DNA of 64,000 nucleotides. Source: Eledone cirrhosa (Eukaryota). This document shows, piece after piece, positions 49,101-61,100 of the stretch. Position 1 is the first letter of the stretch. The number at the start of each line of letters is the position of its first letter. The notes beneath the pieces are model-generated. The model was not told the DNA's origin and searched no databases. It was given only the letters and a program-made list of their open reading frames with translations. Position numbers and translations under genes: made by a program. Where the stretch lies: the NCBI GenBank assembly GCA_964016885.1, contig OZ024742.1, positions 13,826,001-13,890,000 of the forward strand. Reading direction: 5' to 3'.

Positions 49101-52100
49101 ACCTAGTCTAGCCTCAATCTGAGACCTAACCCTAGAAGTGACCACCTGACCTAGTCTAGCCTCAATGTGAGACCTAACCCTAGAAGTGACCACCTGACCT
49201 AGTCTAGCCTCAATGTGAGACCTAACCCTAGAAGTGACCACCTGACCTACTGTAAACTCAATGTGAGACCTATCCTAAGAAGTGACCACCTGACCTAGTC
49301 TAGCCTCAATGTGAGACCATCTAACCCAAGAAGTGACCACCTGACCTAGTGTAACCTCAATGTGAGACCTAACACTAGCAGTGACCACCTGACCTAGTCT
49401 AGCCTCCAATGTGAGACCTAACCCTAGAAGTGACCACCTGACCTAGTCTAGCCTCAATGTAGACCTAACCCTAGAAGTGACCACCTGACCTAGTCTAGCC
49501 TCAATGTGAGACCTAACCATAGAAGTGACCACCTGACCTAGTCTAGCCTCAATGTGAGACCTAAGCCTAGAACTGACCACTTGACCTAGTCTAGCCTCAA
49601 TGTGAGACCTAGCCCTGGAAGTGACCACCTGACCTAGTCTAGCCTCAATGTTAGACTATCTAACCCTAGAAGTGACCAGCTGACCTAGTCTAGCCTCAAT
49701 GTGAGACTTCTAACCCTAGAAGTGACCACCTGACCTAGTCTAGCCTCAATGTGAGACTAACCCAAGAAGTGACAACCTGACCTAGTCTAGCCTCAATGTG
49801 AGACTAGCTAACCCAAGAAGTAACCACCTGATGTAGTGTAACCTCAATGTGAGACCTAACCCTAGAAGTGACCACCTGACCTAGTCTAGCCTCAATCTGA
49901 GACCTAACCCTATAAGTGACCACCTGACCTAGTCTAGCCTCAATGTGAGACCTAGCCCTAGAAGTGACCACCTGACCTAGTCTAGCCTCAATGTGAGACC
50001 TAACCCTAGAAGTGACCACCTGACCTACTGTAAACTCAATGTGAGACCTATCCTAAGAAGTGACCACCTGACCTAGTCTAGCCTCAATGTGAGACCATCT
50101 AACCCAAGAAGTGACCACCTGACCTAGTGTAACCTCAATGTGAGACCTAACACTAGCAGTGACCACCTGACCTAGTCTAGCCTCCAATGTGAGACCTTCT
50201 AACCCTAGAAGTGACCACCTGACCTAGTCTAGCCTCAATGTAGACCTAACCCTAGAAGTGACCACCTGACCTAGTCTAGCCTCAATGTGAGACCTAACCA
50301 TAGAAGTGACCACCTGACCTAGTCTAGCCTCAATGTGAGACCTAAGCCTAGAACTGACCACTTGACCTAGTCTAGCCTCAATGTGAGACCTAGCCCTGGA
50401 AGTGACCACCTGACCTAGTCTAGCCTCAATGTTAGACTATCTAACCCTAGAAGTGACCAGCTGACCTAGTCTAGCCTCAATGTGAGACTTCTAACCCTAG
50501 AAGTGACCACCTGACCTAGTCTAGCCTCAATGTGAGACTAACCCAAGAAGTGACAACCTGACCTAGTCTAGCCTCAATGTGAGACTAGCTAACCCAAGAA
50601 GTAACCACCTGATGTAGTGTAACCTCAATGTGAGACCTAACCCTAGAAGTGACCACCTGACCTAGTCTAGCCTCAATCTGAGACCTAACCCATGAAGTGA
50701 CCACCTGACCTAGTGTAACCTCAATCTGAGACCTAACCCTAGTAGTGACCACCTGACCTAGTTTAGCCTCAATGTGACACCTTCAAACCCTAGAAGTGAC
50801 CACCTGACCTACTTTAGCCTCAATGTGAGACCGTCTAACCCTAGAAGTGACCACCTGACCTAGTCTAGTCTCAATGTGAGACCTGACCTAGTCTAGCCTC
50901 AATGTGAGACTTCTAACCCTAGAAGTGACAACCTGACCTAGTGTAAACCGAATGTGAAACCTAACCCAAGAAGTGACCACCTGACCTAGTCTAGCCTGAA
51001 TATGAGACGATCTAACCCAAGTGACCACCTGACCTAGTGTAACCTCAATGAGACCTAACCCTAGAAGTGACCATCTGACCTAGTCTAGCCTCAATGAAAC
51101 CTAACCCTAGAAGTGACCACCTGACCTCGTCTATCCATAATGTGAGACTATCTAACCCAAGAAGTGACCACCTGACCTAGTCTAGCCTCAATGTGAGATG
51201 ATCTAACCTAAGAAGTGACCACCTGACCTAGTGTAACCTCAATGAGACCTAACCCTAGAATTGACCACCTGACCTAGTCTAGCCTCAATGTGAGATCTAA
51301 CCTTAGCAGTGACCACCTGACCTAGTCTAGCCTCAATGTGAGACCTAACCCTAGAAGTGACCACCTGACCTAGTCTAGCTTCAATGTGAGACCTAACCCT
51401 AGAAGTGACCACCTGACTTAGTCTAGCCTCAATGTGAGACCTAACCCTAGAAGTGACCACCTGACCTAGTCTAGCCTCAATGTGAGACTATCTAACCCAA
51501 GAAGTGACCACCTGACCTAGTCTAGCCTCAATTTGAGACTAGCTAACCCAAGAAGTGACCACCTGACGTAGTGTAACCTCAATGTGAGACCTAACCCTAG
51601 AAGTGACCACCTGACCTAGTCTAGCCTCAATCTGAGACCTAACCCTAGAAGTGACTACCTGACCTAGTTTAGCCTCAATGTGACACCTTCAAGCCCTAGA
51701 AGTAACCACCTGACCTACTTTAGCCTCAATGTGAGACCATCTAACCCTAGAAGTGACCACCTGACCTAGTCTAGGTTCGATGTGAGACCTAACCCTAGAA
51801 GTGACCACCTGACCTAGTCTAGCCTCCAATGTGAGACCTAACCCTAGAAGTGACCACCTGACCTAGTCTAGCCTCAATGTGAGACCTAACCCTAGAAGTG
51901 ACCACCTGACCTAGTCTAGCCTTAATATGAGACCTAACCCTAGAAGTGACCACCTGACCTAGTCTAGTTTCAATGTGAGACCTAACCCTAAAAGTGACCA
52001 CCTGACCTAGTCTAGCCTCAATGTGAGACCATCTAACCCTAGAAGTGACCACCTTACCTAGTCTAGTCTCAATGTGAGACCTAACCCTAGAAGTAACCAC

Positions 52101-55100
52101 CTGACCTACTCTAGCCTCAATGTGAGACTTCTAACCCTAGAAGTGACAACCTGACCTAGTGTAATCTTAATGTGAAACCTAACCCAAGAAGTGACCACCT
52201 TACCTAGTCTAGCCTCAATGTGAGACGATCTAACCCAAGAAGTGACCACCTGACCTAGTGTAACCTCAATGAGACCTTCTAACCCTAGAAGTGACCATCT
52301 GACCTAGTCTAGCCTCAATGTGAGACCTAACCCTAGAAGTGACCACCTGACCTCGTCTATCCATAATGTGAGACTATCTAACCCAAGAAGTGACCACCTG
52401 ACCTAGTCTAGCCTCAAGTGACCACCTGACCTAGTGTCACCTCAATGTGAGACCCTCTAACCCTAGAAGAGACCACCTTACCTAGTCTAGCCTCAATGTG
52501 AGACCTAACCCTAGAAGTGACCACCTGACCTAGTCTAGCCTCAATGTGAGACCTAACCCTAGAAGTGACCACCTGACCTAGTCTAGCCTCAATGTGAGAC
52601 CTAACCATAGAAGTGACCACCTGACCTAGTCTAGCCTCAATGTGAGACGATCTAACCGAAGAAGTGACCACCTGACCTAGTGTAACCTCAATGAGACCTA
52701 ACCCTAGAAGTGACCACCTGACCTAGTCTAGCCTCAATGTGAGATCTAACCCTTGAAGTGACCACCTGACCTAGTCTAGCCTCATTGTGAGACCTAATCC
52801 AAGAACTGACCACCTGACCTAGTCTAACCTCAATGTGAGACCTAACCTTAGCAGTGACCCCCTGACCTAGTCTAGCCTCAATGTGAGATCTAACCTTAGC
52901 AGTGACCACCTGACCTAGTCTAGCCTCAATGTGAGACCTAACCCTAGAAGTGACCACCTGACCTAGTCTAGCTTCAATGTGAGACCTAACCCTAGAAGTG
53001 ACCACCTGACTTAGTCTAGCCTCAATGTGAGACCTAACCCTAGAAGTGACCACCTGACCTAGTCTAGCCTCAATGTGAGACTATCTAACCCAAGAAGTGA
53101 CCACCTGACCTAGTCTAGCCTCAATTTGAGACTAGCTAACCCAAGAAGTGACCACCTGACGTAGTGTAACCTCAATGTGAGACCTAACCCTAGAAGTGAC
53201 CACCTGACCTAGTCTAGCCTCAATCTGAGACCTAACCCTAGAAGTGACTACCTGACCTAGTTTAGCCTCAATGTGACACCTTCAAGCCCTAGAAGTAACC
53301 ACCTGACCTACTTTAGCCTCAATGTGAGACCATCTAACCCTAGAAGTGACCACCTGACCTAGTCTAGCATCAATGTGAGACCTAACCCTAGAAGTGACCA
53401 CCTGACCTAGTCTAGCCTCAATGTTAGCCCTAACCCTAGAAGTGACCACCTGACCTAGTCTAGTTTCAATGTGAGAGCTAACCCTAAAAGTGACCACCTG
53501 ACCTAGTCTAGCCTCAATGTGAGATCTAACCCTTGAAGTGACCACCTGACCTAGTCTAGCCTCATTGTGAGACCTAATCCAAGAAGTGACCACCTGACCT
53601 AGTCTAGTCTCAATGTGAGACCTAACCCTAGAAGTGACCACCTGACCTAGTCTAGCCTCAATGTGAGACTTCTAACCCTAGAAGTGACAACCTGACCTAG
53701 TGTAAACTCAATGTGAAACCTAACCCAAGAAGTGACCACCTGACCTACTTTAGCCTCAATGTGAGACCATCTATCCCTAGAAGTGACCACCTGACCTAGT
53801 CTAGGTTCGATGTGAGACCTAACCCTAGAAGTGACCACCTGACCTAGTCTAGCCTCCAATGTGAGACCTTCTAACCCTAGAAGTGACCACCTGACCTAGT
53901 CTAGCCTCAATGTTAGACCTAACCCTAGAAGTGACCACCTGACCTAGTCTAGCCTCAATGTGAGACCATCTAACCCTAGAAGTGACCACCTTACCTAGTC
54001 TAGCCTCAATGTGAGACCATCTAACCCTAGAAGTGACCACCTTACCTAGTCTAGTCTCAATGTGAGACCTAACCCTAGAAGTGACCACCTGACCTATTCT
54101 AGCCTGAATGTGAGTCGATCTAACCCAAGAAGTCACCACCTGACCTAGTGTAACCTCAATGAGACCTTCTAACCCTAGAAGTGACCATCTGACCTAGTCT
54201 AGCCTCAATGTGAGACCTAACCCTAGAATTGACCACCTGACCTCGTCTATCCATAATGTGAGACTATCTAACCCAAGAAGTGACCACCTGACCTAGTCTA
54301 GCCTCAATGTGAGACTTCTAACCCAAGAAGTGACCACCTGACCTAGTGTAACCTCAATGTGAGACCCTCTAACCCTAGAAGTGACCACCTGACCTAGTCT
54401 AGCCTCAATGTGAGACCTAAACCTAGAAGTGACCACCTGACCTAATCTAGCCTCAATGTGAGACCTAACCCTAGAAGTGACCACCTGACCTAGTCTAGCC
54501 TCAATGTGAGATCTTCTAACCCTTGAAGTGACCACCTGACCTAGTCTAGCCTCATTGTGAGACCTAACCTAATCTAACCTCAATGTGAGACCTAACCTTA
54601 GCAGTGACCACCTGACTTAGTCTAGCCTCAATGTGAGACCTAACCCTAGAAGTGACCACCTGACCTAGTCTAGCCTCAATGTGAGACTAGCCCAAGAAGT
54701 GACAACCTGACCTAGTCTAGCCTCAATGTGAGACTAGCTAAGCCAAGAAGTAACCACCTGATGTAGTGTAACCTCAATGTGAGACCTAACCCTAGAAGTG
54801 ACCACCTGATCTAGTCTAGCCTCAATCTGAGACCTAACCCTAGAAGTGACAACCTGACCTAGTTTAGCCTCAATGTGACACCTTCAAACCCTAGATGTGA
54901 CCATCTGACCTACTTTAGCCTCAATGTGAGACCATCTAACCCTAGAAGTGACCACCTGACCTAGTCTAGGTTCGATGTGAGACCTAACCCTAGAAGTGAC
55001 CACCTGACCTTGTCTAGCCTCCAATGTGAGACCTAACCCTAGAAGTGACCATCTGACCTCGTCTATCCATAATGTGAGACTCTAACCCAAGAAGTGGCCA

Positions 55101-58100
55101 CCTGACCTAGTCTAGCCTCAATGTGAGACTTCTAACCCAAGAAGTGACCACCTGACCTAGTGTAACCTCAATGTGAGACCCTCTAACCCTAGAAGTGACC
55201 ACCTGACCTAGTCTAGCCTCAATGTGAGACCTAACCCTAGAAGTGACCACCTGACCTAATCTAGCCTCAATGTGAGACCTAACCCTAGAAGTGACCACCT
55301 GACCTAGTCTAGCCTCAATGTGAGACTAACCCAAGAAGTAACCACCTGATGTAGTGTAACCTCAATGTGAGACCTAACCCTAGAAGTGACCACCTGACCT
55401 AGTCTAGCCTCAAATGAGACCTAACCCAAGAAGTGACCACCTGACCTAGTGTAACCTCAATCTGAGACCTAACCCTAGAAGTGACCACCTGACCTAGTTT
55501 AGCCTCAATGTGACACCTTCAAACCCTAGAAGTGACCACCTGACCTTGTCTAGCCTCCAATGTGAGACCTAACCCTAGAAGTGACCACCTGACCTAGTCT
55601 TGCCTCAATGTGAGACCATCTAACCCTAGAAGTGACCACCTGACCTAGTCTAGCCTCAATGTGAGACCATCTAACCCTAGAAGTGACCACCTTAACTAAT
55701 CTAGTCTCAATGTGAGACCTAACCCTAGAAGTAACCACCTGACCTAGTCTAGCCTCAATGTGAGACTTCTAACCCTAGAAGTGACAACCTGACCTAGTGT
55801 AAACTCAATGTGAAACCTAACCCAAGGAGTGACCACCTGACCTAGTCTAGCCTCAATGTGAGACCTAACCCTAGAAGTGACCACCTAACCTAGTCTAGTT
55901 TCAATGTGAAACCTGACCCTAAAAGTGACCACCTGACCTAGTCTAGCCTCAATGTGAGACCATCTAACCCTAGAAGTGACCACCTTACCTAGTCTAGTCT
56001 CAATTTGAGACCTAACCCTAGAAGTGACCACCTGACCTAGTCTAGCCTCAATGTGAGACTTCTAACCCTAGAAGTGACAACCTGACCTAGTGTAAACTCA
56101 ATGTGAAACCTAACCCAAGAAGTGACCACCTGACCTAGTCTAGCCTCAATGTGAGACGATCTAACCCAAGAAGTGACCACCTGACCTAGCGTAACCTCAA
56201 TGAGACCTAACCCTAGAAGTGACCATCTGACCTAGTCTAGCCTCAATGTGAGACCTAACCCTAGAAGTGACCACCTGACCTCGTCTATCCATAATGTGAG
56301 ACTATCTAACCCAAAAAGTGACCACCTGACCTAGTCTAGCCTCAATGTGAGACTTCTAACCCAAGAAGTGACCTAGTGTAACCTCAATGTGTGACCCTCT
56401 AACCCTAGAAGTGACCACCTGACCTAGTCTAGCCTCAATCTGAGACCTAACCCTAGAAGTGACCACCTGACCTAGTCTAGCCTCAATGTGAGACCTAACC
56501 CTAGAAGTGACCACCTGACCTAGTCTAGTTTCAATGTGAGAGCTAACCCTAAAAGTGACCACCTGACCTAGTCTAGCCTCAATGTGAGATCTAACCCTTG
56601 AAGTGACCACCTGACCTAGTCTAGCCTCATTGTGAGACCTAATCCAAGAAGTGACCACCTGACCTAGTCTAGTCTCAATGTGAGACCTAACCCTAGAAGT
56701 GACCACCTGACCTAGTCTAGCCTCAATGTGAGACTTCTAACCCTAGAAGTGACAACCTGACCTAGTGTAAACTCAATGTGAAACCTAACCCAAGAAGTGA
56801 CCACCTGACCTACTTTAGCCTCAATGTGAGACCATCTATCCCTAGAAGTGACCACCTGACCTAGTCTAGGTTCGATGTGAGACCTAACCCTAGAAGTGAC
56901 CACCTGACCTAGTCTAGCCTCCAATGTGAGACCTTCTAACCCTAGAAGTGACCACCTGACCTAGTCTAGCCTCAATGTTAGACCTAACCCTAGAAGTGAC
57001 CACCTGACCTAGTCTAGCCTCAATGTGAGACCATCTAACCCTAGAAGTGACCACCTTACCTAGTCTAGCCTCAATGTGAGACCATCTAACCCTAGAAGTG
57101 ACCACCTTACCTAGTCTAGTCTCAATGTGAGACCTAACCCTAGAAGTGACCACCTGACCTATTCTAGCCTGAATGTGAGTCGATCTAACCCAAGAAGTCA
57201 CCACCTGACCTAGTGTAACCTCAATGAGACCTTCTAACCCTAGAAGTGACCATCTGACCTAGTCTAGCCTCAATGTGAGACCTAACCCTAGAATTGACCA
57301 CCTGACCTCGTCTATCCATAATGTGAGACTATCTAACCCAAGAAGTGACCACCTGACCTAGTCTAGCCTCAATGTGAGACTTCTAACCCAAGAAGTGACC
57401 ACCTGACCTAGTGTAACCTCAATGTGAGACCCTCTAACCCTAGAAGTGACCACCTGACCTAGTCTAGCCTCAATGTGAGACCTAAACCTAGAAGTGACCA
57501 CCTGACCTAATCTAGCCTCAATGTGAGACCTAACCCTAGAAGTGACCACCTGACCTAGTCTAGCCTCAATGTGAGATCTTCTAACCCTTGAAGTGACCAC
57601 CTGACCTAGTCTAGCCTCATTGTGAGACCTAACCTAATCTAACCTCAATGTGAGACCTAACCTTAGCAGTGACCACCTGACTTAGTCTAGCCTCAATGTG
57701 AGACCTAACCCTAGAAGTGACCACCTGACCTAGTCTAGCCTCAATGTGAGACTAGCCCAAGAAGTGACAACCTGACCTAGTCTAGCCTCAATGTGAGACT
57801 AGCTAAGCCAAGAAGTAACCACCTGATGTAGTGTAACCTCAATGTGAGACCTAACCCTAGAAGTGACCACCTGATCTAGTCTAGCCTCAATCTGAGACCT
57901 AACCCTAGAAGTGACAACCTGACCTAGTTTAGCCTCAATGTGACACCTTCAAACCCTAGATGTGACCATCTGACCTACTTTAGCCTCAATGTGAGACCAT
58001 CTAACCCTAGAAGTGACCACCTGACCTAGTCTAGGTTCGATGTGAGACCTAACCCTAGAAGTGACCACCTGACCTTGTCTAGCCTCCAATGTGAGACCTA

Positions 58101-61100
58101 ACCCTAGAAGTGACCATCTGACCTCGTCTATCCATAATGTGAGACTCTAACCCAAGAAGTGGCCACCTGACCTAGTCTAGCCTCAATGTGAGACTTCTAA
58201 CCCAAGAAGTGACCACCTGACCTAGTGTAACCTCAATGTGAGACCCTCTAACCCTAGAAGTGACCACCTGACCTAGTCTAGCCTCAATGTGAGACCTAAC
58301 CCTAGAAGTGACCACCTGACCTAATCTAGCCTCAATGTGAGACCTAACCCTAGAAGTGACCACCTGACCTAGTCTAGCCTCAATGTGAGACTAACCCAAG
58401 AAGTAACCACCTGATGTAGTGTAACCTCAATGTGAGACCTAACCCTAGAAGTGACCACCTGACCTAGTCTAGCCTCAAATGAGACCTAACCCAAGAAGTG
58501 ACCACCTGACCTAGTGTAACCTCAATCTGAGACCTAACCCTAGAAGTGACCACCTGACCTAGTTTAGCCTCAATGTGACACCTTCAAACCCTAGAAGTGA
58601 CCACCTGACCTTGTCTAGCCTCCAATGTGAGACCTAACCCTAGAAGTGACCACCTGACCTAGTCTTGCCTCAATGTGAGACCATCTAACCCTAGAAGTGA
58701 CCACCTGACCTAGTCTAGCCTCAATGTGAGACCATCTAACCCTAGAAGTGACCACCTTAACTAATCTAGTCTCAATGTGAGACCTAACCCTAGAAGTAAC
58801 CACCTGACCTAGTCTAGCCTCAATGTGAGACTTCTAACCCTAGAAGTGACAACCTGACCTAGTGTAAACTCAATGTGAAACCTAACCCAAGGAGTGACCA
58901 CCTGACCTAGTCTAGCCTCAATGTGAGACCTAACCCTAGAAGTGACCACCTAACCTAGTCTAGTTTCAATGTGAAACCTGACCCTAAAAGTGACCACCTG
59001 ACCTAGTCTAGCCTCAATGTGAGACCATCTAACCCTAGAAGTGACCACCTTACCTAGTCTAGTCTCAATTTGAGACCTAACCCTAGAAGTGACCACCTGA
59101 CCTAGTCTAGCCTCAATGTGAGACTTCTAACCCTAGAAGTGACAACCTGACCTAGTGTAAACTCAATGTGAAACCTAACCCAAGAAGTGACCACCTGACC
59201 TAGTCTAGCCTCAATGTGAGACGATCTAACCCAAGAAGTGACCACCTGACCTAGCGTAACCTCAATGAGACCTAACCCTAGAAGTGACCATCTGACCTAG
59301 TCTAGCCTCAATGTGAGACCTAACCCTAGAAGTGACCACCTGACCTCGTCTATCCATAATGTGAGACTATCTAACCCAAAAAGTGACCACCTGACCTAGT
59401 CTAGCCTCAATGTGAGACTTCTAACCCAAGAAGTGACCTAGTGTAACCTCAATGTGTGACCCTCTAACCCTAGAAGTGACCACCTGACCTAGTCTAGCCT
59501 CAATCTGAGACCTAACCCTAGAAGTGACCACCTGACCTAGTCTAGCCTCAATGTGAGACCTAACCCTAGAAGTGACCACCTGACCTAGTCTAGCCTCAAT
59601 GTGAGACCTAACCCTAGAAGTGACCACCTGACCTACTGTAAACTCAATGTGAGACCTATCCTAAGAAGTGACCACCTGACCTAGTCTAGCCTCAATGTGA
59701 GACCATCTAACCCAAGAAGTGACCACCTGACCTAGTGTAACCTCAATGTGAGACCTAACACTAGCAGTGACCACCTGACCTAGTCTAGCCTCCAATGTGA
59801 GACCTAACCCTAGAAGTGACCACCTGACCTAGTCTAGCCTCAATGTAGACCTAACCCTAGAAGTGACCACCTGACCTAGTCTAGCCTCAATGTGAGACCT
59901 AACCATAGAAGTGACCACCTGACCTAGTCTAGCCTCAATGTGAGACCTAAGCCTAGAACTGACCACTTGACCTAGTCTAGCCTCAATGTGAGACCTAGCC
60001 CTGGAAGTGACCACCTGACCTAGTCTAGCCTCAATGTTAGACTATCTAACCCTAGAAGTGACCAGCTGACCTAGTCTAGCCTCAATGTGAGACTTCTAAC
60101 CCTAGAAGTGACCACCTGACCTAGTCTAGCCTCAATGTGAGACTAACCCAAGAAGTGACAACCTGACCTAGTCTAGCCTCAATGTGAGACTAGCTAACCC
60201 AAGAAGTAACCACCTGATGTAGTGTAACCTCAATGTGAGACCTAACCCTAGAAGTGACCACCTGACCTAGTCTAGCCTCAATCTGAGACCTAACCCTATA
60301 AGTGACCACCTGACCTAGTCTAGCCTCAATGTGAGACCTAGCCCTAGAAGTGACCACCTGACCTAGTCTAGCCTCAATGTGAGACCTAACCCTAGAAGTG
60401 ACCACCTGACCTACTGTAAACTCAATGTGAGACCTATCCTAAGAAGTGACCACCTGACCTAGTCTAGCCTCAATGTGAGACCATCTAACCCAAGAAGTGA
60501 CCACCTGACCTAGTGTAACCTCAATGTGAGACCTAACACTAGCAGTGACCACCTGACCTAGTCTAGCCTCCAATGTGAGACCTTCTAACCCTAGAAGTGA
60601 CCACCTGACCTAGTCTAGCCTCAATGTAGACCTAACCCTAGAAGTGACCACCTGACCTAGTCTAGCCTCAATGTGAGACCTAACCATAGAAGTGACCACC
60701 TGACCTAGTCTAGCCTCAATGTGAGACCTAAGCCTAGAACTGACCACTTGACCTAGTCTAGCCTCAATGTGAGACCTAGCCCTGGAAGTGACCACCTGAC
60801 CTAGTCTAGCCTCAATGTTAGACTATCTAACCCTAGAAGTGACCAGCTGACCTAGTCTAGCCTCAATGTGAGACTTCTAACCCTAGAAGTGACCACCTGA
60901 CCTAGTCTAGCCTCAATGTGAGACTAACCCAAGAAGTGACAACCTGACCTAGTCTAGCCTCAATGTGAGACTAGCTAACCCAAGAAGTAACCACCTGATG
61001 TAGTGTAACCTCAATGTGAGACCTAACCCTAGAAGTGACCACCTGACCTAGTCTAGCCTCAATCTGAGACCTAACCCATGAAGTGACCACCTGACCTAGT